Shown piece after piece: positions 9,080 to 18,042 of a DNA stretch of 40,313 bases. The stretch is from an uncultured Candidatus Saccharibacteria bacterium (GTDB taxonomy: Bacteria > Patescibacteriota > Minisyncoccia > Phycocordibacterales > UBA9973). The stretch spans positions 1 through 40,313 of the forward strand of contig CAZHUT010000002.1 of NCBI GenBank assembly GCA_964535545.1. Direction: 5' to 3'. The position numbers and the translations under genes are program-made. Position 1 is the stretch's first letter. Each line of letters begins with the position of its first letter. Under the pieces are notes generated by a model. That model saw only the letters and a list, made by a program, of their open reading frames with translations. It was not told the origin of the DNA and made no database searches.

Positions 9080-10546
9080 TTATTTAATATCTGTCAAGAT
9101 TCTTAAGGTGAAATGCCACGTAATTATCACATAGCCAAGTAAAATAAGGGTAAATGGGATATGGGGCACCGTAACTGAGGCGAAAGGTATCCTCGCTGCC
9201 ATTGTAATAATGCCGATAATAAAGGCTGCCAGGAGGTACACCGGATAGCCCAGCGCGGCGCCCAAGGCAGGAATTGTGAGCGCCGCGACGAATGATATGC
9301 AGATCAAAAGAAATCCAAGAAGCATCAGATACGGAATAAACGGAATAATCATGAGATTGACCGGTAAGGCAATGACCGAGAACAATCCCATCTTGTAGAG
9401 GATATACGGTGCCACGGCGGTTTCTGCTGCCAATGTAGTCCCAACCATATCGGCCAAGGCTTCTGGCATGCGCTTCCCTAACCACCTGACATATGTCGGC
9501 GAGACCAAAACCAATCCAAGCGTTGCAAGGAATGATAATTGAAATGAAGCATCGGCAACCAAATACATTGGATTGTAAAGAACCAGTCCAAGTGCAGCCA
9601 GCGACATGACGCGAAATATATGAGCTGATCTCCCAGACATTCGCGAAAGTATAACAACGATGGCCATCAAGCCTGCCCGAAGCGCTGTCGAAGATGCACC
9701 AGTCATAATGACAAATAGAATGATTCCGAAACCACCAAGAATAAGCGTCAATGATCTTGTGAGAAAACTTCCGAGCGTGGCAGTGATACCTTCTGCAACA
9801 ATTGAAACGTTGTACCCTGAAAGGGCGATAACATGCACCGTGCTTGTCCGAACCAAATCATTGTAGAGCGATTCATCAATTGATGTCTTGGTGCCAAGTA
9901 AAATTCCAGCTACAAATCCGGCTTCCTGCTTCGGAAGATATTTGAATAACTTCGCCTCCACTGTATGTCTAAAGTCGTACAGCAGTCTTGTGATAGAAAA
10001 AGATTTGTCATATTCAACGGAAATTAATTTTGCATCATTAATTAGAAATAAAATGTGATCTTTCTTTAGATAGGTAACGTAATCGAATTCAGTCCCCTGA
10101 TCCGTGAGAAAATTTTCAGGCTCGCTCAATGTCCCTTTGATTGTGATTAAATCATTGTAATGTAGATTCTGTGTCGTCTTAATGCTTACCCGCAGACCAA
10201 TTCGTCCTGAATAAAAAATAGCCGCCGTCTTCCCTTCCACTGAAACAGGATCGTTGGTAATGCGCCCGGAAATTTCAATCGAGTGATTTATTTTGGATCT
10301 GAAATATTCAGTCGGAGCTACCATGGAAAGATTGAAACGAATAATTCCTCCCAATAAGCTGGTTAAAAAGATAGCGACAATTATCGCCCCATTTTTGGAA
10401 GAAAATTCTGTAACCTCTCTTCTGCCAAAATATATGATTCCCACCAAGAGCGGAATTCCAAAAGCGATTCCGACGCTTTGGTCGAAACCGTAAAATACTC
10501 CGGATAAAAACCCGAGCGTACAAGCAAAAAGGACTATGTCTGGCAT
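9080..10546 (-). CDS. comEC: ComEC/Rec2 competence channel (DUF4131 plus Competence domains, no MBL domain)
   Basis: Polytopic membrane protein with an OB-like insert near the N-terminus and a ...VHVIALSGYNVSIV... competence-domain motif. Start moved to ATG 10546, because the track start 10555 is TTG. Confidence 0.8.
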   Translation of the reverse strand: MPDIVLFACTLGFLSGVFYGFDQSVGIAFGIPLLVGIIYFGRREVTEFSSKNGAIIVAIFLTSLLGGIIRFNLSMVAPTEYFRSKINHSIEISGRITNDPVSVEGKTAAIFYSGRIGLRVSIKTTQNLHYNDLITIKGTLSEPENFLTDQGTEFDYVTYLKKDHILFLINDAKLISVEYDKSFSITRLLYDFRHTVEAKLFKYLPKQEAGFVAGILLGTKTSIDESLYNDLVRTSTVHVIALSGYNVSIVAEGITATLGSFLTRSLTLILGGFGIILFVIMTGASSTALRAGLMAIVVILSRMSGRSAHIFRVMSLAALGLVLYNPMYLVADASFQLSFLATLGLVLVSPTYVRWLGKRMPEALADMVGTTLAAETAVAPYILYKMGLFSVIALPVNLMIIPFIPYLMLLGFLLICISFVAALTIPALGAALGYPVYLLAAFIIGIITMAARIPFASVTVPHIPFTLILLGYVIITWHFTLRILTDIK

Positions 10547-10586
10547 AGTCCCCAAGCTTAGGATATATAACTGAAGAAATAATGAA

Positions 10587-11327
10587 TTATTTTCCAGTAA
10601 ACTCTTTGATTATTTCCGCCTCGTCATCAGCGCTAATCGCTTTCTTATATTTAGCCCCCTTCTTGCCTTTCACCCGCTTTTCGCATGCAGCCCATGTTTT
10701 GTCCGTATGCAACTTTCCATCAACGTATGAAACATATGAATATGCTTTGGCTGAACTGCTTTTCTTTTTGGTTGCCGCTTTCTTTTCGACATGGAAAATA
10801 TCTGAGCCAAGCATCTCGTTATATTTTTCCAATCCGCCGGTGTAGAGCAACACAAACTGCTTGTCAGCATACATAGTGGCAATTTCATCCACGCGGTCAT
10901 TTCCACGTAAGCCGCTGTGGCCGGAAACTTTTTTCCATTCAATATTCTTTCGAAGCTTGAGCGCACGGACCATTTCGACAAGGAACTGCCAGAGATCTCG
11001 ATTGAGCACTGGTTCGCCTTCTTTTGTGACCCAGCCATTCTTCTCCCAGCCATGGACCCACTGCGTAATACCGTTGATGAGATACGCGGAATCAGTATGC
11101 ATTTCAATGTCACCTGGGATTTCACGGCGACGAATAGTCTGAAGCGCTTCGAGGGCTGCCATCATTTCCATGCGATTGTTCGTAGTATGATCTTCCCGTC
11201 CGCCGAGCTCGATCACCTTCGTTTCTGCCGGAGTGGCACCATTGGCGATAATGATTGCGCCCCATCCTCCCGGGCCCGGATTGCCGCGCGATGCGCCGTC
11301 AGTAAAAACAGTAATTATAGGATTCAT
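10587..11327 (-). CDS. rnhA: Ribonuclease HI with a C-terminal hybrid-binding-like domain
   Basis: TDGASRGNPGPGGWG, TNNRMEMMAALEAL, HTDSAYL and GHSG..GNDRVDEIA motifs. The C-terminal YSYVSYVDGKLHTDKTWAACEKRVKGKKGAKYKKA resembles the RNase H1/caulimovirus-VI HBD. Confidence 0.88.
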   Translation of the reverse strand: MNPIITVFTDGASRGNPGPGGWGAIIIANGATPAETKVIELGGREDHTTNNRMEMMAALEALQTIRRREIPGDIEMHTDSAYLINGITQWVHGWEKNGWVTKEGEPVLNRDLWQFLVEMVRALKLRKNIEWKKVSGHSGLRGNDRVDEIATMYADKQFVLLYTGGLEKYNEMLGSDIFHVEKKAATKKKSSSAKAYSYVSYVDGKLHTDKTWAACEKRVKGKKGAKYKKAISADDEAEIIKEFTGK

Positions 11328-11330
11328 ATA

Positions 11331-12989
11331 TTAGAGTATATCAACAATTCGCAATCTAAGCTCTGGTCTGCCCATGAAGTATGACATTTCCATTGTTGCA
11401 TAAAGGTTTACATTTTTACCGGCATCAATATGGACGGAAAAATCAGTTGGCTGTTTGAAGAACGAAATGGCTTTCATCATCTTGCCCTCGCTCGCAATCA
11501 TGAGTTCGAGATGTTCTTTTTCCTTACCAAATAATTTCATGCCGGCAATCAAAATTCCGGGAAAGAGAAATACTGGCTTTTCATTTGCCATACCGAACGG
11601 AGCAAGCTGGGCAATGAGGTTGTAATTCTTGCTTGTAACCTCTGCGAGTGTAATTGAAAGATCGTGCTTCTTTGATTCCTGTTCTTTCTTTTCTCGCTTT
11701 GCGCGAGTAAATGCCTTACTCAAAGCCTCTTCAAGAAAATGTACTTTTTCATGTGTGACCACAAATCCTCCGGCGAGCTCATGACCTCCAAATGAATGGA
11801 ACGCATCAGTGGCTTCGGTCATGAGGTCGACGACATTTACTGAGCCTTCTGAGCGACACGAACCTTTAATCAAAGTCTTATCTTCTGCTCCTTCACTTCC
11901 CCAGACAAAACTTGGCTTACCATATGTTTCTGTAATTTTTGAAGCAACCAGACCAAGCACGCCGACACGCCATTCAGGATGGCCGATGACGATGACGTCA
12001 TGCAATTCCCGTTTCTCGAGTTTCTTGTGCACGTCTTTCATAATTGTTGCAACCGTTGTTTTGCGCAAATCGTTAATCTTGATGAGATGATCGGCAATCG
12101 CAGCGGCTTTGGCCGGATCAGTTTCGGCAAGCACATCGAACGCATGCTGCGGAGAATCCATACGCGATGCTGCATTCAATCGCGGCGTAAGCATAAATGT
12201 AATATCGTCTTCGGTCAGATGCTCGGGATCAATTTTCATTTTCTTGAACAGTTGTCGTAAGCCTGGACGCTTTGTCCGTTGAAGAACTTTCATGCCATAA
12301 AATGCGAGCACGCGGTTCTCACCAGTGAGCGGCACCATATCAGAAAGCGTAGCAAGACCGGCCATGTCGAGCAGCCACTTTTCCCAACCAGTATTTTGCA
12401 ATTCAGGAATTTTTGCAATCAGTCCTTGTACCAGTTTGAAGGCAACGCCGGCACCGCACAATTCTTTGAACGGATACTGGTCACCAGACTTTTTCGGATT
12501 CAAAATGGCAAAAGCTTTCGGGATGTTCGCTTGCGGCAAATGGTGGTCAGTTACAATCACATCCACGCCGTTCTTTTGCGCAAAGGCAACTTCTTCTACG
12601 GCAGTAATACCAAGATCGACAGTAATAATCAATTTCGTACCGTCAGCAACAAATTGTTCAACGGCTTCCATGTGCAGGCCGTATCCTTCATCGTGGCGAT
12701 GCGGGATATAATTTCTAAAATTTACATAACCAGCTTTTACAAAAAAGTCATGGAGAATGACTCCGCCTGGAATACCGTCTGCGTCATAGTCGGAATAAAC
12801 AACGATAGGCTCGTTTGCTTTCATTGCCTGAATGATTCGATCAACGGCTTTATCCATATCACTCATGAGAAATGGATCATGGAGGTGTGATTCATAAGAA
12901 GGTGAAAGAAAAGACTGACGGAAATCGTCAGAAATACCACGAATGGCAAGGATCTGGTCTAAGAGGTCGGTACTTTGCATAGAGAGCAT
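11331..12989 (-). CDS. recJ: Single-stranded-DNA-specific exonuclease RecJ
   Basis: DHH motifs (VVYSDYDADGI, VDLG, VTDHH) and a DHHA1-like GGHELAGG. Confidence 0.9.
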   Translation of the reverse strand: MLSMQSTDLLDQILAIRGISDDFRQSFLSPSYESHLHDPFLMSDMDKAVDRIIQAMKANEPIVVYSDYDADGIPGGVILHDFFVKAGYVNFRNYIPHRHDEGYGLHMEAVEQFVADGTKLIITVDLGITAVEEVAFAQKNGVDVIVTDHHLPQANIPKAFAILNPKKSGDQYPFKELCGAGVAFKLVQGLIAKIPELQNTGWEKWLLDMAGLATLSDMVPLTGENRVLAFYGMKVLQRTKRPGLRQLFKKMKIDPEHLTEDDITFMLTPRLNAASRMDSPQHAFDVLAETDPAKAAAIADHLIKINDLRKTTVATIMKDVHKKLEKRELHDVIVIGHPEWRVGVLGLVASKITETYGKPSFVWGSEGAEDKTLIKGSCRSEGSVNVVDLMTEATDAFHSFGGHELAGGFVVTHEKVHFLEEALSKAFTRAKREKKEQESKKHDLSITLAEVTSKNYNLIAQLAPFGMANEKPVFLFPGILIAGMKLFGKEKEHLELMIASEGKMMKAISFFKQPTDFSVHIDAGKNVNLYATMEMSYFMGRPELRLRIVDIL

Positions 12990-13010
12990 TCTACCATATA
13001 CTTATTACAT

Positions 13011-13391
13011 ATGATCACAAACGATAACTGTATCTTTTGCAAAATAGTGGCGGGAGAAGTACCTGCCTATATTGTCTATGAAGACAAGCAATTTATAGCC
13101 TTTTTGGACATTCACCCCCTTGCTCCAGGACATGTCCAGATTATCCCAAAGGATCACTATCGCTTTGTTTGGGACGTGCCAAATGTGGGTGCTTATTTTG
13201 AAGTAGCCCGCAAAATTGCCCTTGCCCTTCAGAAAGTATTCAATCATGATCTGATCCGATCACAGATCTTCGGCGAACAAATTTTCCATGCTCACATCTG
13301 GGTCTGGCCCGATCTCCCTATCGAAGGTGCCGAAAAAGACTTCGATCTCATCACCGAAAAAATCCGCGACGCACTGGACTTTGTAGGATAA
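13011..13391 (+). CDS. HIT family hydrolase
   Basis: CIFCKIVAGEVPAYIVYEDKQFIAFLDIHP and the histidine triad HAHIWVW. Start moved to ATG 13011 (TATACT at 12997-13002, 8 nt upstream). Confidence 0.88.
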   Translation: MITNDNCIFCKIVAGEVPAYIVYEDKQFIAFLDIHPLAPGHVQIIPKDHYRFVWDVPNVGAYFEVARKIALALQKVFNHDLIRSQIFGEQIFHAHIWVWPDLPIEGAEKDFDLITEKIRDALDFVG

Positions 13392-13392
13392 A

Positions 13393-13421
13393 TAAAAAAG
13401 TCCCCTTTCGGGGATTTTTTT
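13393..13421. terminator. Bidirectional terminator between HIT and pgk
   Basis: A-run, TCCCC-TTTC-GGGGA, T-run. Confidence 0.75.
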
Positions 13422-14529
13422 ATTTCAACGCCTTAATGCCCGGCAGTGTGCCAGACGCCAAAAAGTCGAGTGTTGCGCCGCCACCGGTAGAAACAAATTT
13501 AAATTCCTTTTCCATCTTGAGCTTGTTTACCAATTCAACAGTGTCACCGCCGCCAATGATTGTATCGCCTTTCGATGCAGCCAAACCCTTGAGCAACATC
13601 TTTGAGCCAACATCAAAGCCCTTTTCATAGAAACCAATCGGACCGTTCCAGAGAATAAATTTAGAAACTTTGGCGATTGAATTGATGTACTTAATCGTCT
13701 CAGGGCCAACATCCATAATTACTTCATCCTTTGCCACTTCATATGGAGAACAGATACGAGATTTTGCACCTTTGGCAACGACAAGATCAATTGGCACAAT
13801 CAGTTTCTTATTCTTCAGGATCGCACTCACATCATAGCCTTCTTCAAAAGCAGACTTTCCAATTTCATATCCCTTTGCCTGAAGCAAATCATTGAGTAGT
13901 GCTCCGCCGATAAATATATGATCAGCTGCTTTGGCGAACTTTTTGATGAGCGGCATCTTTGTAGAAAATTTATTACCGCCAAGGATAAATAGAAACGGAT
14001 GCTTCGGACTATGTGCAAGCTCTAAATGTTTAATTTCCTGTTCCATTTGAAGTCCGGCATAGCTCGGCAAATACTTTGGAATTCCAACAATGGATGCATG
14101 CGCACGATGAGATACCGGAAATGCGTCATTCACAAAAACTTCAGCGTATGAAGCGAGCATTTGTGCAAATTTCGGATCGTTCTTCTTCTCGCCTGCCTCT
14201 GTACGAAGATTCTCGAGAAGAACGGCAGTGCCTTCCTTCTGATTGAGCAGGGCCTGGTCTACCGAAGCGCCAGAGAGGGCTGGAACAAATGTTGTTGCAA
14301 TATGCTTCTTGAGAATGGAGGCCACCGGAGCAAGGGTCTGATCACCCTCACCTGCATGAGAGATGAGAATTACCTTTGCACCTTTCTTAAGAAGATAGGT
14401 AATTGTAGGAAGTGTTTTGACGATGCGGAAAGCATCGAGCACCTTGCCGTCCTGAATTGGAACATTGAAGTCCGCACGAACCAGCACGCGAGTTCCCTTT
14501 TTAATTTTTGCTTGAGAAAGTGATTTCAT
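13420..14529 (-). CDS. pgk: Phosphoglycerate kinase
   Basis: RADFNVP N-terminal motif and the C-terminal ...STGGGATLDFL motif. Confidence 0.93.
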   Translation of the reverse strand: MKSLSQAKIKKGTRVLVRADFNVPIQDGKVLDAFRIVKTLPTITYLLKKGAKVILISHAGEGDQTLAPVASILKKHIATTFVPALSGASVDQALLNQKEGTAVLLENLRTEAGEKKNDPKFAQMLASYAEVFVNDAFPVSHRAHASIVGIPKYLPSYAGLQMEQEIKHLELAHSPKHPFLFILGGNKFSTKMPLIKKFAKAADHIFIGGALLNDLLQAKGYEIGKSAFEEGYDVSAILKNKKLIVPIDLVVAKGAKSRICSPYEVAKDEVIMDVGPETIKYINSIAKVSKFILWNGPIGFYEKGFDVGSKMLLKGLAASKGDTIIGGGDTVELVNKLKMEKEFKFVSTGGGATLDFLASGTLPGIKALK

Positions 14530-15299
14530 TATTTTTTTGGAATTACTTGTAGACTGTAAATAAGTTTCTGCATTTTCTTTGGTTCAAGTGAGAGATGCCC
14601 GGGAAGTAAGCCGTCAGCGCCAGCATCGATGTATTCATGGGCATTCAACTCGTTGACTGAACCGCCATACATTATTCTCGGCATATCTTTGGCGCTGATA
14701 CCGGAAAGGTCTGCGAGAGTTTTTTTGATGTAAATAATCATTTCTCGGCATTCTTCCGGAGTGGCCTCCCGAGTTGCATGAGAACTGATGGCCCAGACCG
14801 GTTCGTACGCGATCACAATTCTAGAGATCGCTGCTTTGGGAACATTAACCAATGCTGCAGTAATCTGATCTGCAACAATGCGATGAAATGCACCGTGGTC
14901 ATCACGAACGGTTTCGCCTACACAGATGATCGGAGTAATTTTATTTTTAAGTGCAGTCAGAATTTTCTGATTAATCATCGCATTGGTCTCCCCTGCAGCT
15001 CGGCGCTCTGAATGACCAATCAGCGTAAACAGTGGTTTCTGGTTTGCCATCATGGAAAATGATACTTCGCCAGTGAATGGACCAGACTTTTCAGCGTGGA
15101 TATTTTGCAGACCAAGCTGAATTGAGTTTCGGCTCAACGCTTTTTTGACCGGAGCGAAATATGGGAATGGCAGTGCCAGTCCGAGTTCAATATTTTTTAA
15201 GATCTCAAGTTTCTTGTATTCCTTTGCCAGAGTTGTGGCTTCTTTTTCAGTTTCGGGATTCATTTTCCAGTTGCCGATAATCAAGATCTTTTGTTGCAT
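14529..15299 (-). CDS. tpiA: Triosephosphate isomerase
   Basis: GNWKMN, LIGHSERR, IAYEPVWAI and YGGSV motifs. The stop overlaps the pgk start (TAATG). Confidence 0.93.
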   Translation of the reverse strand: MQQKILIIGNWKMNPETEKEATTLAKEYKKLEILKNIELGLALPFPYFAPVKKALSRNSIQLGLQNIHAEKSGPFTGEVSFSMMANQKPLFTLIGHSERRAAGETNAMINQKILTALKNKITPIICVGETVRDDHGAFHRIVADQITAALVNVPKAAISRIVIAYEPVWAISSHATREATPEECREMIIYIKKTLADLSGISAKDMPRIMYGGSVNELNAHEYIDAGADGLLPGHLSLEPKKMQKLIYSLQVIPKK

Positions 15300-15305
15300 G
15301 AGTGT

Positions 15306-15314
15306 ATTGTAGCA
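15306..15314 (-). promoter_or_regulatory. Extended -10 promoter of tpiA-pgk, leaderless geometry
   Basis: The minus strand reads TGcTACAAT, then 6 nt to ATG 15299. Confidence 0.55.
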
Positions 15315-15333
15315 TAGAGTTTCGGGACAATAG

Positions 15334-15364
15334 AAAAGCGGGCGCGCTTCGCGCGCCCGCTTTT
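15334..15364. terminator. GC-rich hairpin terminator
   Basis: AAAAGCGGGCGCGC...GCGCGCCCGCTTTT. Confidence 0.8.
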
Positions 15365-15380
15365 CCTTCTTCCTTTAAAA

Positions 15381-17489
15381 CTAGTGCTCAATAACCTTTG
15401 GATATCCACCCGGAGCAGTATCTACGCTGCAGAATTGTGATGTTGAGAGAGCCATTGGGTTATATGTAGCCTGGCTTCCCACATGTGTACCGTCCGTCCA
15501 AGTACAATTCAATGAATAGGTTCCGAGATCGCTCACGTCATTAAGTGTAATTGTGCCGTTCGGGCCGCTGCCACTCTGAGGACCAGTCAATGTACAGTTA
15601 GCTGCATTTGATGACCAGCCATAGCTCTTTGGCAATTGAGCTGACTGGTTGATAGTGCTTGCAGGACAGTATGGGCCACCGTTTGTAATACCTGAGAACT
15701 GATACTGTGAACAGTTGTTACTGCTTGAGAGCGTTACTTGGACCGGACCACTCGTTACTGACAATGGCTGATTGCTTGAGTTGTAATATATAACCTTGTA
15801 CCAGCCGGCAAGGAACACATTTGATTCAGTATCAGAGAGTCCATAACCATTTACTCCTCCAATTGTAGTTGCGTATGGACCATTTGCACCTGCAGTACTC
15901 AGTGCCAATTTCGCATATGATGGTGCACCAGGACCTGCTGGCAATGTTCCGAATGAAGCCCATGTAAGACTTGCTGGATCTCCTGGACATGCAATACCTC
16001 CGCCGCCAAGGTTGATACCCCACTGAGGAGTTGTACAATCAATTGTTCCATTTGCAGTTGGGCCCTGATATGTCGCAGGTGCTGCACCGACGAATTCATG
16101 ATTACTTTCAGCAATCATATTGTCTGAAGCGTCATACAAACGTGCGTAGTACTCATGCTGCTGACCTGATTGTGTCGGAGTAGTGTAGTTTGAAGTTGAT
16201 GATGTGAATGGACCAACAGGAACTGAACCGATTGGTGCTTGCAATCCACCAATCTGGGCACCGTCCATGAACATACGAACATGATCGCCACCACTTGAAC
16301 TTGTCCATGCTGCAGATGTTGTCTGTGGTCCACCCTGAGCACTTGCTACACAGAGATCATGTACGCCGATTGAAAGCGTGATCTGATCTCCCTGCTTTGT
16401 AACAGTAGTTGAAGCGGTAACAGTACCCGGAGTGTTATTAATATTTGTTGGACATGTAATCGTGTATGTCGTACTTGAGCCTGGAGCTGAAGGAACTGGA
16501 ACATTATTTATGACAGTAGAAGTTGGAGTTGAAGCTGGAGTTGTGTTTGGAACCAAAATGCCTGATGAAGCTGAGTAATTTGGTTTTGAACCATCCCATG
16601 GAGCACCTGCCGCTGGAGTTGAAGTAGCAGTACAGTTACCACCAGTGAACAATTGCTTGTCATTAGCGTTAATTGAATATGTGAGTGTTGTCTTGTTTGA
16701 ACCTGCAACCGTTGTTGGGTTGGCAGTGAGCGTCAGATGCGCTACGGGTGTAACCTGGATTGTCGTATCCACATATGCGCCCTGGAATTTTGCCCAGCCG
16801 ACGACATCACTTCCCCAAACAAATTCGTTACTGATCGCCTGATGACCAGTTTGTGGATTTATGTAAAAAGAAAGTTGTGCGCCATATGCTCCTGGATTTG
16901 CCTGAAGACTTGGTGAACCTGGATATTGATCATTCAATCCACTCATTGAGATATAACCATCCCATCCACCAGCGCTAGGATTTGCGCCTGCTCCAAGACA
17001 ACCAACTGGATCTGGTGCTGCCACACAGGCGCGCGCCCACCCGACAATCGGAGCTCCAGTACCTGAGTTTGCCAAATGCTGAACACCACAACCAGAGGCA
17101 TTTGCTGCAGGAACTGCACCTGATGGACATTCAACTGGTGAAGTTCCATAACCATTTCCAAATTTTATCCAGCCAATAGATGAAGACCAGCCATAGCCGT
17201 TCCACATGCCAGCACCGTCCTGAATAACACCGAAGTCGTTGCCGCTACCGTTGTTGTAATCCGCGCAATTCAAATAGATCCAACCGATAGTTGATGACCA
17301 TAACTTTCCATGGACATTATATTTGGTCGTATTACAAGTAACCACAAAGTTAAAGTTACCGTTATTAAGATTACCGCCCTGCTGTAAGCCGGTTGACTGC
17401 GCATATACAGAAAAAACCTGCGCGAATACAAATGAAACAGCAAGCAGTCCGACAAGAGCAAGATTTTTAAAAGAAAGAAGTTTTTTCAT
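15381..17489 (-). CDS. Large secreted protein with repeated (S/V)(I/V)GW(I/A) motifs
   Basis: Signal peptide MKKLLSFKNLALVGLLAVSFVFAQVFSVYA. Repeats STIGWIYLN, SSIGWIKFG, PIVGWARAC and DVVGWAKFQ. The rest is Thr/Ser/Gly/Asn-rich. Confidence 0.8.
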   Translation of the reverse strand: MKKLLSFKNLALVGLLAVSFVFAQVFSVYAQSTGLQQGGNLNNGNFNFVVTCNTTKYNVHGKLWSSTIGWIYLNCADYNNGSGNDFGVIQDGAGMWNGYGWSSSIGWIKFGNGYGTSPVECPSGAVPAANASGCGVQHLANSGTGAPIVGWARACVAAPDPVGCLGAGANPSAGGWDGYISMSGLNDQYPGSPSLQANPGAYGAQLSFYINPQTGHQAISNEFVWGSDVVGWAKFQGAYVDTTIQVTPVAHLTLTANPTTVAGSNKTTLTYSINANDKQLFTGGNCTATSTPAAGAPWDGSKPNYSASSGILVPNTTPASTPTSTVINNVPVPSAPGSSTTYTITCPTNINNTPGTVTASTTVTKQGDQITLSIGVHDLCVASAQGGPQTTSAAWTSSSGGDHVRMFMDGAQIGGLQAPIGSVPVGPFTSSTSNYTTPTQSGQQHEYYARLYDASDNMIAESNHEFVGAAPATYQGPTANGTIDCTTPQWGINLGGGGIACPGDPASLTWASFGTLPAGPGAPSYAKLALSTAGANGPYATTIGGVNGYGLSDTESNVFLAGWYKVIYYNSSNQPLSVTSGPVQVTLSSSNNCSQYQFSGITNGGPYCPASTINQSAQLPKSYGWSSNAANCTLTGPQSGSGPNGTITLNDVSDLGTYSLNCTWTDGTHVGSQATYNPMALSTSQFCSVDTAPGGYPKVIEH

Positions 17490-17494
17490 AGTGA

Positions 17495-17833
17495 CTAGCG
17501 AGAATTCAGATTACTAATAACTGCTGCTCTTTGTTCATCTGTTAGTGTAGACTCACTCTCAGATTTCATTTGCGCTTTAATGATTGCAGCTTTTGTTTCA
17601 TCTGGAACTGAAGAACCTCCTGGATTGTCTTTTAGGATTTCTGCAATAGCCGCAGCTTTCTGTTCATCGGTAATCGGCTTATTTTCTCGTTTATTCTTGG
17701 TAAGCGAGAACCAAGCAACCCCAATAATGAGTACGGAGACAACAACCAAAATGATTGTCGTAACTGTTCGCTTTGATTTCATCTGACCCATGGCAGTTGT
17801 CATAGGTGACATAGTATGAAGTGGTTGTTGCAT
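17495..17833 (-). CDS. Small membrane-anchored protein with tandem TDEQ(K/R)AA motifs
   Basis: Ends 5 nt upstream of the 15381-17489 gene. One TM helix (TVTTIILVVVSVLIIGVAWF). The track start 17959 lies upstream of the predicted promoter at 17861-17872, so I use ATG 17833. ATGs at 17812 and 17782 are alternatives. Confidence 0.6.
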   Translation of the reverse strand: MQQPLHTMSPMTTAMGQMKSKRTVTTIILVVVSVLIIGVAWFSLTKNKRENKPITDEQKAAAIAEILKDNPGGSSVPDETKAAIIKAQMKSESESTLTDEQRAAVISNLNSR

Positions 17834-17860
17834 AAGAAAAGAAATTATTATTACTGTAAA

Positions 17861-17915
17861 TATTGTACCACATGAAGCATCTGAATTTTCACGTTTTTCC
17901 ACTATATGTGGATAA
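17861..17915 (-). promoter_or_regulatory. TTATCCACA-N34-TGTGGTACAATA promoter architecture
   Basis: On the minus strand, the DnaA-box 9-mer (17915-17907), exactly 34 nt, then the extended -10 TGTGGTACAATA (17872-17861). Confidence 0.55.
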
Positions 17916-17952
17916 GTAAATCTATACAAAATAGGGGTTTTATGATTTAATA

Positions 17953-17981
17953 TTGACAAGGACTACTGTATGTGGTAAACT
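17953..17981 (+). promoter_or_regulatory. Promoter of the T9SS-CTD gene
   Basis: TTGACA (17953-17958), N17, TGgTAAACT (-10 at 17976-17981). This implies a 5'UTR of about 55 nt without an SD. Confidence 0.55.
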
Positions 17982-18042
17982 ATACTTCTATCCTGACTTT
18001 TCTGAAACTTCTTAAACAACTGAAAAAAATAAACAATAGATT

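Noticed and set aside
17834-17959. N-terminal extensions in the ORF track, at 17495-17959 and similarly at 2759, 10555, 12975, 26044, 36000 and 38811.
   Set aside because: The extensions start at TTG or GTG, or at an ATG upstream of the predicted promoter, and some run through terminator hairpins. Conserved protein N-termini (Clp[18 protein letters not shown]) begin at the internal ATG.
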